This document shows, in pieces, positions 1-9,808 of a DNA stretch of 64,000 nt. A program made the translations under genes and the position numbers. How positions within the stretch are numbered: position 1 is the stretch's first letter; the number at the start of each line of letters is the position of its first letter. The stretch is from a virus, in the IMG/VR virus record IMGVR_UViG_3300037264_006630, positions 1 through 64,000 of that record; one strand, written 5' to 3'. The notes below the pieces were generated by a model that did not search any database, had not been told where the DNA came from, and worked only from the letters and a program-made list of their open reading frames with translations.

Positions 1-252
1 CCGTACGCGGGCGCTCACTTCGCGACGATGCCGCCCGCGCTTGCCGAGCGATGCATCCTCGCAGGTAGCGCGATGGGCGACGAGGTGCTCGATCCGTTCC
101 TCGGGTCGGGTACCACCGGCATGGTCGCCGAGGCGCTCGGCAGGCGGTGGCACGGCGTCGAGCTGAGCCGCGAGTATGAGCCGCTGATCAAGGAGCGGAC
201 GGCGCAGGTCGGCCTGTTCGGGGGGGACCGCATGAGGACATCCTCCGCGTGA
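1..252 (+). CDS. DNA methyltransferase (N4/N6 type), C-terminal part, 5' truncated by window
   Basis: AHFATMPPALAERCI...VLDPFLGSGTTG...GVEL: SAM-binding motif I of beta-class MTases. Confidence 0.9.
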   Translation, partial: PYAGAHFATMPPALAERCILAGSAMGDEVLDPFLGSGTTGMVAEALGRRWHGVELSREYEPLIKERTAQVGLFGGDRMRTSSA

Positions 253-316
253 GCCTCTCGCCGATTCAGCGCCAGTAGCCCACACCGCGGCCCCAATCCG
301 GGGTACGCCCGGCCAC

Positions 317-847
317 ATGCTCTCCGCCTTCCTTCGCATCTTGCAGCTCGCCGCAGCCATCACCTCCGCGGAGGTGCCGCCGGAACGTGCGACCAGCGCT
401 GCGCTCGCGATCGTCTCCACCGCAGGTGAGTACCCCCCTGCCCTCGTCGCCGCGGTCGCGTTCGGGGAGTCGCGCTTCCAACCCGACGCCAAGTCAGCGC
501 CGGTGGTGAAGATGCGGTGCGACGCCAGCGGATGCCGCGAGGTCACCTATTGGGACTGCGGCCCCATGCAGGTCCGCACCAGTTCGCCGAGCCGGTGCCG
601 ACGTCTGCGCACCGACGCTCGATACGGGTACGCGGCCGGCGTCCAGCGGCTCCGCGATGCCCGCGACTTCTGCGAACGGCGAGGTGATGCGACGCTGGCC
701 TGCGCCATTGCTGGCTACCAGGGCGGGCCGGAGGGCGTGGCCGCGTATCGGCGCGGCGTTCGGTGGACGACCGAGAAGCGGCAGGCGTTGCTCGAGCGTG
801 CGGCTGAGATCCACGCGCGGGCCGGCTGGTCAGTCTCGGACGCTTGA
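317..847 (+). CDS. Lytic transglycosylase (SLT/lysozyme-like) with hydrophobic N-terminus
   Basis: Catalytic 'ES' (AFGESRF), GPMQ and AIAGYQGG motifs. Confidence 0.75.
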   Translation: MLSAFLRILQLAAAITSAEVPPERATSAALAIVSTAGEYPPALVAAVAFGESRFQPDAKSAPVVKMRCDASGCREVTYWDCGPMQVRTSSPSRCRRLRTDARYGYAAGVQRLRDARDFCERRGDATLACAIAGYQGGPEGVAAYRRGVRWTTEKRQALLERAAEIHARAGWSVSDA

Positions 848-888
848 CGCCCGGCCGCGTTCGTGCGTATGTTCAGGCGCATGAACGC
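844..888 (+). promoter_or_regulatory. Leaderless promoter + palindromic operator (site 1)
   Basis: TTGACG-18-TATGTT-7-ATG; TTCGTGCG-N10-CGCATGAA; -35 contains the upstream gene's TGA. Confidence 0.8.
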
Positions 889-3232
889 ACCGCAGGTCCC
901 CCCGGTCAACGCCCGCGTCGTGGACGCCGAGTTCGACGACGACGGCAGTCTCATCATCCGCGCCATCAGCGGCGCCAACGAACCAACCCCGGGCTGGGCG
1001 CTGCGCCTCCGCATGCACGCACCCCTGGTGCGCGGCCTCGGGTTGGCGCCGTCGGCCGCTGCCGCCGACTTGCGGTTGGGCGACGCGGTCTCCCGGAGCG
1101 GGCTCGCCAAGGGCGGCCGAGGCGTGGTCGACGAGGCGGTGCGCATCATCAGCGGGGCCAGGGCCGACATCGATGCGCTCGCCGCGATGAGCGCGCAGCT
1201 CGAGCGACTGGTCAAGTTCGTCGAGAGTGCCGACCTGCCGCCGTTGCCGTTCGAGGCCAGCCCTGCCGACATCGCGATCCAGACCATCGCCCGGATGCAG
1301 GCCGACCTGGACAGCCTGCGCTGCGCGCTCAAGGCGCACTACCTGGGCTACGCGACCGACCATAGGGAGGTGTGCAACTCGGTGATCGAGGTGATGGAAG
1401 CGCACCGCGACGCCAACGCCGCCATCAAGCCGCTCGTCGAAGCGAACATCCGCCTGTCCGACTACCTGGCCGTCCAGCACCGGACCGACTACCCCGACGT
1501 GACCGTGCCGCCCGGTGACGCGGCGATCGAGATCCTGCGCCGTCGGGACCTGTCGGCGCTCGACACCGACGCTGACATGCTCTGGAAGGCGATGGGCGGA
1601 CAAGGCAAACCGCCGATCGCCGAACGCACGGCGATGGCGCGCACGGCGCGGCAGGAAGTCGACGAGATGCGCCAGGAGTTCGTGGTGGCCAACCGCTTCC
1701 GCAAGTACGTCCAGACCGGCGCCGAGCTCCCCGATCGCGGGGGCGGACCGGGCTGGGACGATGTGCGGAAGGAGCACGACATCCTGGCTGCGTTCGCGCG
1801 CGACTACGGCTACATGGCGGGCCTGCCGCACAGCCGCCGCCGGCATCCCAAGGGCTACGGCCGCCCCATCGCGGCGGCCATGCGCGCGGCTGCGTTCCGC
1901 GTCACCGGCGTCAGGAACGCCTACGTCCTCGACGACGGGGTGAAGATCCTCATCGCCGTCACGATGTACGACGGCGTCGATGCTGCGGACGTGGTCGCCG
2001 CGGTCAAGACCAAGTGCTCGTCAGAGATGCCGGCCGGTCTGGCGCTCGAGGTCATCTCTTTCGACGGGGCGTGGACGGCGGTCACCGAGCCCAAGGTGAC
2101 CATCCACGTCGGGTCCGGAGTGCCGACCATCCACGAGCACGCGCGGTGCTCCATCGAAGAGAAGATCCGCGCGGTCGCCGGTGTCCACCCCCACCGTAGC
2201 CCGAGCGTCGTCCACGGCCTGGGGCGGGTGCTCGCGTTCATCGACGTGGCCGATGATGCGGAACGGGACACGGTGCGCTACGACGTGTTCCACGCGATCT
2301 GCGACGAGTACCCCGCCGCCAAGCTCCGGGTCCATACGTTCGACGAGGTCTGGGACATGACCCAATCCGCCCCGGTGACCGAGTCGACCCCGGAGGTGGA
2401 CGTGCCGCCGCCGCGCCGCTCGCCGGAGTGGGACCGCATCCTCTCGGCCGTCCAGCGCATGTACCCGGACGCGGCGATCGACGATAGCGGCGTGGTTCGC
2501 CTGCTCGTCGAGGGGAAGGCGGCGACCGAGAACCTGCGCGACGTGCAGGCGCTCCTGGCCGCCGCCCGGACCAAGATGCTGACCTCGCTCGGCAAGGACC
2601 CCGACGCGCCCGAGTACGCCAAGGTCCACTTCTTCAACCTGCTCGATCCGGCCTGCGACTCGGCCAAGGCGTGGTGCCTTGTGCGCGACGCGCTCGAGGT
2701 GGCGAACCCCGTGGAGCTCGTGCAGACCTACGCCAGGGCATGTACGGATCTCTCCGCCGCCAACGCGCAGACGGCCAAGGTGCTCGACGAGATCAGCATG
2801 GTCTACACCGAGCGCGCCCGCGTGGTGGCGGCGCTGGCTGGACTCGCCCTGTTCCTAGGCGAGCGTGTCGGCGTGCGCGAGCACGACCCGAACGACACCG
2901 AGTGGGACCCGGCCCACCGGATCATCGTCTTCATCGAGCTGCCCGACGGCAAGGGCGGCGTGTTCCAGGCGAGTTGGCACCTGCACGACAGCGAGCGCCA
3001 CCTGGTCGCGCACCTGCCACCGTACGAGCCCGAATGGGACGGCCACACCACCGCGCAGAAGTACGAGCGCATGGCGGCTGCGGCGGACCCGCGGACCTGG
3101 GAGATCGTCCGCGCCCATGTGGTTCGGCGAAAAGAGGGCGGTCCGCCGACCGTGCCCGAGGCGCGCCGCGATGCTTGGCACCTGCTCCTGGACGCCACGG
3201 TGCTCGACACCCGGCAGACGAGCGAGCCGTGA
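881..3232 (+). CDS. Large mosaic hypothetical protein with conserved phage C-terminal domain
   Basis: Long GC3-rich ORF; motif IELPDG..QASWHLHDSE..HLPPYEPEWDGHTTAQKYERM is typical of phage proteins; start placed at the operator ATG. Confidence 0.75.
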   Translation: MNAPQVPPVNARVVDAEFDDDGSLIIRAISGANEPTPGWALRLRMHAPLVRGLGLAPSAAAADLRLGDAVSRSGLAKGGRGVVDEAVRIISGARADIDALAAMSAQLERLVKFVESADLPPLPFEASPADIAIQTIARMQADLDSLRCALKAHYLGYATDHREVCNSVIEVMEAHRDANAAIKPLVEANIRLSDYLAVQHRTDYPDVTVPPGDAAIEILRRRDLSALDTDADMLWKAMGGQGKPPIAERTAMARTARQEVDEMRQEFVVANRFRKYVQTGAELPDRGGGPGWDDVRKEHDILAAFARDYGYMAGLPHSRRRHPKGYGRPIAAAMRAAAFRVTGVRNAYVLDDGVKILIAVTMYDGVDAADVVAAVKTKCSSEMPAGLALEVISFDGAWTAVTEPKVTIHVGSGVPTIHEHARCSIEEKIRAVAGVHPHRSPSVVHGLGRVLAFIDVADDAERDTVRYDVFHAICDEYPAAKLRVHTFDEVWDMTQSAPVTESTPEVDVPPPRRSPEWDRILSAVQRMYPDAAIDDSGVVRLLVEGKAATENLRDVQALLAAARTKMLTSLGKDPDAPEYAKVHFFNLLDPACDSAKAWCLVRDALEVANPVELVQTYARACTDLSAANAQTAKVLDEISMVYTERARVVAALAGLALFLGERVGVREHDPNDTEWDPAHRIIVFIELPDGKGGVFQASWHLHDSERHLVAHLPPYEPEWDGHTTAQKYERMAAAADPRTWEIVRAHVVRRKEGGPPTVPEARRDAWHLLLDATVLDTRQTSEP

Positions 3233-3576
3233 GCACGCCTTCGGTCGAGTGGCTGTGCGGGCAGTTCGCGGACGCCGCCGCCGGCCTGCCCCCGGCCGAG
3301 GCGATCGCGGCGATCGAGCTCCTCGTGCGAGACTTGCTCGACGCCACCGAGCAGACCGACGCGCTGGAGTCGGCGCTCATCCAGGCGCTGGGCGGCAACC
3401 CAGAGACGCCCACGGCGGCGCTCCACGCCGAGGTCGCAGCGCTGCGTCGGAAGCTCAAACACGTCACCGGCGTTGCCCGTGACCTCGAAGCCATCGCCCG
3501 GCGCCTCGACAACGAGGCCAGTGGCCGACAGCGCAACCAGATCGACATCACGGCCGCGGCGCTGGTGACTCCGTGA
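3229..3576 (+). CDS. Hypothetical helical protein
   Basis: GTGA overlap with upstream stop; high GC3. Confidence 0.7.
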   Translation: MSTPSVEWLCGQFADAAAGLPPAEAIAAIELLVRDLLDATEQTDALESALIQALGGNPETPTAALHAEVAALRRKLKHVTGVARDLEAIARRLDNEASGRQRNQIDITAAALVTP

Positions 3577-3719
3577 AGCACTGCCTCGCCATCTGGACAC
3601 TGCGCCTGCGCATCAAGGCCCTGGGGCTGGTGATGCGCGCGGTCGGCGCCGTGGCCGAGGCGCTCTCCGACGCGGACGACACCGCCGACTACGACCGCAA
3701 CCGCGACCGCTTGAACTGA
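3573..3719 (+). CDS. Small hypothetical protein (48 aa)
   Basis: GTGA overlap; MKHCLAIWTLRLRIK... Confidence 0.55.
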   Translation: MKHCLAIWTLRLRIKALGLVMRAVGAVAEALSDADDTADYDRNRDRLN

Positions 3720-3723
3720 CCCC

Positions 3724-3767
3724 TTGACACCACCGGGTCATCGTGCGCATCTGCGGTGTATGAAACG
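3724..3767 (+). promoter_or_regulatory. Promoter/operator (site 2) upstream of tRNA-Arg; starts 8-aa mini-ORF MKRARPLG (3760-3786)
   Basis: TTGACA...ATCGTGCG-N9-TGTATGAA. Confidence 0.65.
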
Positions 3768-3776
3768 CGCACGCCC

Positions 3777-3850
3777 GCTCGGGTAGCTCAGTTGGACAGA
3801 GCGGCGAGATCCTAACTCGCAGGCCGTCGGTTCGATCCCGGCTCCGAGCG
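3777..3850 (+). tRNA. tRNA-Arg(CCT)
   Basis: Cloverleaf GCTCGGG/TCCGAGC; anticodon arm GCGAG-ATCCTAA-CTCGC; TTCGATC loop; no encoded CCA. Confidence 0.9.
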
Positions 3851-3875
3851 CCGTCTTCACATCGTCACGAGGCAC

Positions 3876-4232
3876 ATGACCCTTCCCATCCTCATCGTCT
3901 ACGCAGCCGTCGCCGTGCTTGTCGGCCTCGCGTTCAGGTCCACCGCGCTCCCATCGCTCGACGCGTGGCGCAACCGGGCGCGCCGGCGCCGGATCGCAGA
4001 GAGGATGGACAGGGGCGAGGCGACGGACATCGAGGTGGCGTGGTTGCGGCGCACCGCTCCGACGGCGGCGGCCAAGCGCATCTCGCTGCTCCGGGCGCTC
4101 GCCTGCGGCGCGTGCTGGCCCGTGCTCGTGGCGGGCCTGGCGGTGCTCCTCCCCGTGGCCGCGAGCCTGCTTGTCCTCTACCTGGCTGGCGTCCTGACGC
4201 TCTCCGTTGCCGACGCACCGGAGGCGTGGTGA
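3876..4232 (+). CDS. Putative membrane protein
   Basis: Two hydrophobic segments. Confidence 0.7.
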   Translation: MTLPILIVYAAVAVLVGLAFRSTALPSLDAWRNRARRRRIAERMDRGEATDIEVAWLRRTAPTAAAKRISLLRALACGACWPVLVAGLAVLLPVAASLLVLYLAGVLTLSVADAPEAW

Positions 4233-4555
4233 GCCTCGAGATCGGCGCGCGCCGCACCGCGCCGGAGGAGTGCGAGGACGAGGCGATCGAGCTGACCGGC
4301 CTCGACGTCCTGCTCACCGAGCCCGAGGCCATCAAGCTCCGCGACGAGCTCACCGCGGCCATCGACAAGCCCCGGCTCGACGCCAGGCCCGAGGCCGAGG
4401 TCATTGACGCGGTGGGTCGCTACACCCTGCTCCAGACCAAGTACGAGTGGTGCGTGCGGGAGACCCTCAACCCCGACTACGCCGAGAGCGGCGGGGTGCC
4501 CGAGTACGTCCACCTACTGCGCCGGTTCCGGGCGCTCATCCCCGAGAAGCCATGA
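4229..4555 (+). CDS. Hypothetical protein
   Basis: Overlapping start/stop at both ends; high GC3. Confidence 0.7.
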   Translation: MSLEIGARRTAPEECEDEAIELTGLDVLLTEPEAIKLRDELTAAIDKPRLDARPEAEVIDAVGRYTLLQTKYEWCVRETLNPDYAESGGVPEYVHLLRRFRALIPEKP

Positions 4556-5724
4556 AGAAGAACACCCCGACTGCGAAGGAACGCATCCGCCACGCCCTCA
4601 GCGTGATCCGGCCGATCACGCGAACAGCCGAGCGCGTGGCCACGCTGGCTCTCCAGGCCAAGAGCCTCACTTCCCCGTTCGGCGTCATCGGCCTGATGTC
4701 GAGTGCGGCAAACGCACTCGGAGAGCAGTTCTCGGGGGAGGCACCCGCACCGTGCGAGACGGGGTTCCGCGTGCCGGTGTCGCACGCCTTCCTGGTGGCC
4801 GCGTACAAGGCGGCTGGCTGTACGGTGACGGTGGAGATCAAAGAGAAATCCAGCGGCGGAGCCGGAGCTATCACCGAGATATCCGACGGGGATCACAGCC
4901 TCAAGGTCTACATCGACGGGTCGGTGTCGGTGATCGGCGGGGCCAAACACGACGCTGCGGTCAGTCGTCTCACCGAGGTCTTGGACGCTCACCTCCCACC
5001 ATCGCTTCTGGTGCAGTGGCGTCCCGGCGAAGGCGGCTACCCGTGGGTCACTGAGGAGCGGAGGCTCACCGAGTACCGTTCTGATCAGGGGCGTGCCATC
5101 GCCGACTGCACCATCCCGATGCTCGACAAGGGAGGCCGCGTCATCCTCCTGAACGGCAAGCCTGGCGTGGGCAAGTCGACCATCGCCGAAGAGATCGCGC
5201 AGTACATCGGCGGGCGCGTCATCGTGTTGGGCGGCGGCATCTTCTCTCCCAAGGGGGAATACGACGCCCACACCACGACGTCTGGCTGCGACATCGAGCA
5301 GCTTGCGCTGCTCACGCCAACGGTCATCGTCATCGACGACGTGGACAAGATCCACATCCCGCTCGCCAGGCTCGAGAAGCTCCGCGCGATCGCGCGCCTG
5401 GTCATCATGACCGCGAACAACGGCGAGTACGACGACGTGCTAGACGGTGCGCTCGATCGGCCCGGCCGTACGGACGAGACCTTCGAGGTCATGCCCGACC
5501 GCGGCCTCACGCCCCAGCCCCCGTTCGACAAGCTCGACCGGGAGATCTGGACCAAGATCAAGGGCTGGCCCATCGCCCACCTGAACGAGCTCCGCCGGCG
5601 CATCGAGGAGCGGGGGACGTCGCCGGCTGCGCTCAACCTCACCGAGCTCGAGCGGCGGTTGAAGAAGGGGACGCGGAGCGGGTCGGTGCTCCACTCCCAC
5701 GGCGACGACGGCTTGACACGCTAG
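4552..5724 (+). CDS. AAA+ ATPase
   Basis: Walker A GKPGVGKS, Walker B IVIDDVD, sensor MTANN, Arg finger ALDRPGR. Confidence 0.9.
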   Translation: MKKNTPTAKERIRHALSVIRPITRTAERVATLALQAKSLTSPFGVIGLMSSAANALGEQFSGEAPAPCETGFRVPVSHAFLVAAYKAAGCTVTVEIKEKSSGGAGAITEISDGDHSLKVYIDGSVSVIGGAKHDAAVSRLTEVLDAHLPPSLLVQWRPGEGGYPWVTEERRLTEYRSDQGRAIADCTIPMLDKGGRVILLNGKPGVGKSTIAEEIAQYIGGRVIVLGGGIFSPKGEYDAHTTTSGCDIEQLALLTPTVIVIDDVDKIHIPLARLEKLRAIARLVIMTANNGEYDDVLDGALDRPGRTDETFEVMPDRGLTPQPPFDKLDREIWTKIKGWPIAHLNELRRRIEERGTSPAALNLTELERRLKKGTRSGSVLHSHGDDGLTR

Positions 5725-5756
5725 CGGTTCGCGCGTACGTTCGTGCGTATGAAACG
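5713..5756 (+). promoter_or_regulatory. Promoter/operator (site 3); starts 8-aa mini-ORF MKRSEAPP (5749-5775)
   Basis: TTGACA-17-TACGTT-7-ATG; TTCGCGCG-N10-CGTATGAA. Confidence 0.8.
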
Positions 5757-5771
5757 CAGCGAGGCGCCGCC

Positions 5772-6014
5772 GTGAAGACCAGCCGCGTGGACGGCGACCC
5801 CGTCCTGGTCGAGATCACGCACCGCGTGGTCAGCGCCGCTGGCACCGTCGTGAGCAACCACGACCGCCTGTCCGATGCGCAGTCCATGCGCGACCTGCTG
5901 GCCAAGCAGAAGAGGTCGGGGGTTCCGCTGTACGGCAAGGGGCTGCGCATCGAGGAGCGACGCGAGGGCTGGTGGCACGAGGTGTTCGAGCTCCATGCCC
6001 CGGGTGCGCCGTGA
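5772..6014 (+). CDS. Hypothetical protein
   Basis: GTG overlaps the mini-ORF stop. Confidence 0.7.
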   Translation: MKTSRVDGDPVLVEITHRVVSAAGTVVSNHDRLSDAQSMRDLLAKQKRSGVPLYGKGLRIEERREGWWHEVFELHAPGAP

Positions 6015-6541
6015 GCCGCGTTCTGCTCGGCGTCGCGCTCCAGTGCGACCAGTGCAAGCTCTTCTTCGGTAGCGACTCGCTCCACCTGCGGGCATCTCCC
6101 GATGGCCGTGGCTGGTCGAGCACGGAGGTGGCGCGCGCCCGCGCCAAGCAGTGCGGCTGGCTGGTGGCCGTCCGCAAGCAGCTCGGCCCGAGCGGCAAGG
6201 GCCAGCCGCGATACACCCTGGTCGACTTCTGCCCCGGGTGCAGCGCGACCCTCACCGCCACCGTGATCGACGGCGTCATCGAGCACGACCCGGGCGTACT
6301 GCCGGCCCTGCCCCACGTCCAGCGAGCGGTGCTTGCCGACCTGTGCCGTGCGCCCGCACGCCAGTGGCTCCGCACCCGGGACCTGGGCGGTGATCACGAC
6401 CAGCACGTCGCGGGCGCGCTCGCCGCCCTGACCGAGAAGAAGTGGGCCGATCGGCGGGAGCGGCCGGTACCCGGCCCACGGATGATGTACGAGTACCGCG
6501 CGACCAAGGCCGGTCGCGCGCGATCGAAGGCGGCGACGTGA
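6011..6541 (+). CDS. Hypothetical protein with CxxC pairs and possible C-terminal wHTH
   Basis: CDQC...CPGC; YEYRATKAG. Confidence 0.65.
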   Translation: MSRVLLGVALQCDQCKLFFGSDSLHLRASPDGRGWSSTEVARARAKQCGWLVAVRKQLGPSGKGQPRYTLVDFCPGCSATLTATVIDGVIEHDPGVLPALPHVQRAVLADLCRAPARQWLRTRDLGGDHDQHVAGALAALTEKKWADRRERPVPGPRMMYEYRATKAGRARSKAAT

Positions 6542-8610
6542 GCGCCGGGGACGTAGCCATCGTCCAGGCCGCCGAGGATGCTGGGCGGGCCGAGGTCGAC
6601 GCCAAAGAGGAGGCGGACACGGGGCCGGTGCTCAACGCTTGGTATTGGGTCAAGCCGCCCAAGGAGACCGGCAAGAAGCGCGGCCGGTCGGAGCTGGGCT
6701 GCGTGACCCACATCGGCTCGAACTACGCGCTCATCTCGTACGTCGGGAGGCACAGCCCGACCAGCCGCATCCATCTCGAACGCTTCCCCGAGCGCTGCGA
6801 ACGCGAGCCGGATCCCAAGACGTACATCGACCGGCAGGTAGGGCTCCACCGAGACCACGTGCGCGAGCTGATGGGCGAGGTCCGCGACCTGACTCAGCGG
6901 CTCGGCGTGGGTGCTTCGGTCGGCCTGCCCGCAGGCGCCGCCGAGACGGCCGCGCTCTCCACTGCCAGCGCCGACCTCGGCGCCTACAAGACCGCGCTCA
7001 TCAAGGCCATGGAGAAGACGCTCCCCGACCTCTTCAAGCAGATCGCGGAAGCGAACGAGCTGATGGCCGTCTGGATGATGGCCGAGGTGTTACCGGTGAA
7101 GGCCGAGGCCACCGTGTTGGAGCGCTCGATCAAGACGATCGAGACGCGGGTCGGCAACGTCGAGCTCTACGCCGGGCTGACCGAGGACATCGAGCTGATC
7201 GCCGACGGGGAACCCGCCGCCGTGGACGAGCCGGTCCGGCTGTTCCAGCGGCGCTGCTACATGGACGAGGAGTGCTTGGCCGCCTACGAGGCGGGCGGCA
7301 TGGACTACCAGAGCGTGGGCGAGTTCGCCGCATGGCTCGCCAAGCCCGCCAACCGCGACTGCATCCTGCCCTTCCCCCGCTGCGTCGTTGCCTTCCGCAT
7401 CCGTCGGCACGAGAAGGAGAGGCACGCCGACTCCCTCGCCGGGTTCATCGCGATCGCCAACGAGGCCAAGGCCGACCGCAAGACCTTCCTCTTCATCCGC
7501 AACGGCGAGCGCGTCTACATGTTGGCGACGGCGATCGAGTTCGACGAGAAGCTGTTCCCCGACATCGAGAACCAGAAGCTCCACGGCAAGCTCTGGGTCG
7601 AAGACCCTCGGTACGGCATCAAGACCATCATCACCGACGACCGGTACCAGGGCTTGCTTGAGGACTACGTGCGCGACAAGGCTGCGTGGGACGCGACGCC
7701 CAAGTCGGAGAAGCGAAAGAATCCATGGGATTCAGCTCCCCAGAGCCCGGAAGGTCACTGGACCGAGTACGACCGGCGCACGGTCTACTACGACGACATC
7801 GAGGCCCGTATCCAGAGCGACATGGCCAAGCACAATCGGCTGGTCCTGGTGCTCCAGGGTCTGCTCGATCGGTCGCTGGTGCTGCACCCGCACCCGCCCT
7901 ACAAGCTCTGGACGCCCGAGGGCTTCGCCGCCGCGCTGCGTCCGATCTACGAAGACGCCCACGGCATCACCTCCGGTGCCGCGCCGGAGTGGAGGGTCTA
8001 CCGGGAGCAACTCGCCAAGAGCATCCGGCCCGGGACCGTGGTCATCGGCCAGCATCGTGCTTGGTTGGAAGCCGAGGCCGAGAAGGAGAACGACCGCCGG
8101 GACCGCCGCGGCCGGTCGAGCAGCGGTCGCGACCTCGAGACGTACCAGCCCTACGGCAACCCCGGGCCCGGTCTGCTCGCTCGCGTGGTCAGCATGTCAC
8201 GCGACCGCAAGACGGCGACCTTCGAGTGGATGCGCAAGCGGCAGACCGGGCGGTGGGTCCCGAACCCGAAGAAGCCCGGCTGGCGCATGTGGGTGGTCGA
8301 TGGCGAGTTGAAGACGCGCTTCACTTGCCCGGTCGAGATCCTCTTCAACGTCGATGCCTACCAATCTGGCGACTTCCACCTGTTCTTCGACGATCCACGC
8401 ACCAGGGCGGACTATCTCCAGTGGGCGCGATTCCTCCTTGCGGCCGAGGACTACAAGGCCGGCAAGCGGAAGGTGCGCACCGACGAGCTCGACGAGGACG
8501 AGGACGACCCGGACACCGGCCCCATCAAGGCCGACGACGACTCCGATGCGAGCGCCGACACGGACGAGTCGGACGACGGCAACATCCTCGACGAAGACAA
8601 CGAGGACTGA
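6538..8610 (+). CDS. Large hypothetical protein with coiled region and very acidic C-terminal tail
   Basis: 690-aa GC3-rich ORF; D/E-rich tail. Confidence 0.85.
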   Translation: MSAGDVAIVQAAEDAGRAEVDAKEEADTGPVLNAWYWVKPPKETGKKRGRSELGCVTHIGSNYALISYVGRHSPTSRIHLERFPERCEREPDPKTYIDRQVGLHRDHVRELMGEVRDLTQRLGVGASVGLPAGAAETAALSTASADLGAYKTALIKAMEKTLPDLFKQIAEANELMAVWMMAEVLPVKAEATVLERSIKTIETRVGNVELYAGLTEDIELIADGEPAAVDEPVRLFQRRCYMDEECLAAYEAGGMDYQSVGEFAAWLAKPANRDCILPFPRCVVAFRIRRHEKERHADSLAGFIAIANEAKADRKTFLFIRNGERVYMLATAIEFDEKLFPDIENQKLHGKLWVEDPRYGIKTIITDDRYQGLLEDYVRDKAAWDATPKSEKRKNPWDSAPQSPEGHWTEYDRRTVYYDDIEARIQSDMAKHNRLVLVLQGLLDRSLVLHPHPPYKLWTPEGFAAALRPIYEDAHGITSGAAPEWRVYREQLAKSIRPGTVVIGQHRAWLEAEAEKENDRRDRRGRSSSGRDLETYQPYGNPGPGLLARVVSMSRDRKTATFEWMRKRQTGRWVPNPKKPGWRMWVVDGELKTRFTCPVEILFNVDAYQSGDFHLFFDDPRTRADYLQWARFLLAAEDYKAGKRKVRTDELDEDEDDPDTGPIKADDDSDASADTDESDDGNILDEDNED

Positions 8611-9374
8611 TGCACCCCTGCCTCTGCGGCTGCGCGCTCGAGGAGCACGGCCACGATCCGAAGTACCCGGGGTCGACGGCCTGCACCGGCTGCACGACCT
8701 GCATCGCCTACGAGGCCGACGAGGCCGAGCAAGGCGCCGCCGCGCCAAGCCCCGCGCCCAAGCCGCCGCGGCGCGCCACCGCCGCCGAGCGCGCAGCCCT
8801 GGCGCTCCTACGTGACAAGGGGCCGCAGCCAGCGGATGCGGTCGACCAGCACGTCTGGCCCAACGCTCCGGGGCGGCGCATCTCGTCCAACGGCGGCGGC
8901 ACCTACGCCAGCCAGATGCTCCTAGGCCGCATGCGCCAACAGGGCTGGGTCAGGGTCCAACACGGCGAAGGCTCGTCGATCTGGGAGATCCGCCCCGGCG
9001 GCCTGGACGCGCTCGCGGCGCCGCCGCCGATGAAGCTGACCCGGGTGCAAGCCCGCGCCATGGTCATCCTCATGCTCGGGGTGCAGCCATGGGAAGACGC
9101 GCTCCTTCCCGCCGCTACCGAGATCGAGGGCGGCTGCTTTGTCGGCGGGCTCAAGGGCTCGGGGCTCGACGGCATCGCCGAGTCGATGAACAACTGGCGC
9201 GACCTCACCAAGCCCGCCTTCACCGCCCGCTCCATCGCACGTCCGGTCGCCAAGCTGGTGGACCTCGGCATGGTGGCCCGGGTCTTTCCGCCGGACGAGC
9301 CCGAGGGCAGCGATCCGCTCTACGTCCCCACCGCGGCCGGCGCCGCCGAGCACCGCAGGAGGAACCCCCGATGA
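8610..9374 (+). CDS. Hypothetical protein with Cys cluster and two wHTH-like segments
   Basis: CLCGC..H...CTGCTTC; 'YVPTAAG'. Confidence 0.7.
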   Translation: MHPCLCGCALEEHGHDPKYPGSTACTGCTTCIAYEADEAEQGAAAPSPAPKPPRRATAAERAALALLRDKGPQPADAVDQHVWPNAPGRRISSNGGGTYASQMLLGRMRQQGWVRVQHGEGSSIWEIRPGGLDALAAPPPMKLTRVQARAMVILMLGVQPWEDALLPAATEIEGGCFVGGLKGSGLDGIAESMNNWRDLTKPAFTARSIARPVAKLVDLGMVARVFPPDEPEGSDPLYVPTAAGAAEHRRRNPR

Positions 9375-9571
9375 GATTCGACTTCGACAGGCCGCTCTGG
9401 GTGGAGGTGCTGATCACCGTCGGCATCCTCGCCATCATGGCGGTCTTCCTCATCGGCGGCATCCGCGACTACCTCGCGCGGTGCGCCTGCACCGACAAGG
9501 GCGGCACGGTCGACTGGACCGGCAGTGAGTCCTGGAAGTGCGCCGACCTGCCAGCGGAAGACCCGCGATGA
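9371..9571 (+). CDS. Small membrane protein
   Basis: One TM segment; ATGA overlaps. Confidence 0.65.
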   Translation: MRFDFDRPLWVEVLITVGILAIMAVFLIGGIRDYLARCACTDKGGTVDWTGSESWKCADLPAEDPR

Positions 9572-9759
9572 GCGAGCCGTTCATGACGGACCTGGTCGAG
9601 CTCCTGCGCAAGCACGGCGTGGAGAACGCCACCGAGCTCGCCCGGTTCATGTACGCCTCGCTGTCCCACCTGGTGACGACGATGCAGACCATCGCCGAGG
9701 TGAACAGGGCGCGCGCTGCGGCGGCCGTGGAGCCGAAGGAACCGCCGCCCTACGACTAG
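9568..9759 (+). CDS. Small hypothetical protein
   Basis: ATGA overlap; GC3 bias. Confidence 0.6.
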   Translation: MSEPFMTDLVELLRKHGVENATELARFMYASLSHLVTTMQTIAEVNRARAAAAVEPKEPPPYD

Positions 9760-9763
9760 CGGC

Positions 9764-9808
9764 TTGACGTCGCCCTATGTTCGTGCGTATTGTCAGGCGC
9801 ATGAAACG
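9764..9808 (+). promoter_or_regulatory. Promoter/operator (site 4)
   Basis: TTGACG-18-TATTGT-7-ATG; TTCGTGCG-N10-CGCATGAA. Confidence 0.85.

Noticed and set aside
317-847. Lysis cassette
   Set aside because: No adjacent holin or spanin recognised; only a lone transglycosylase is supported
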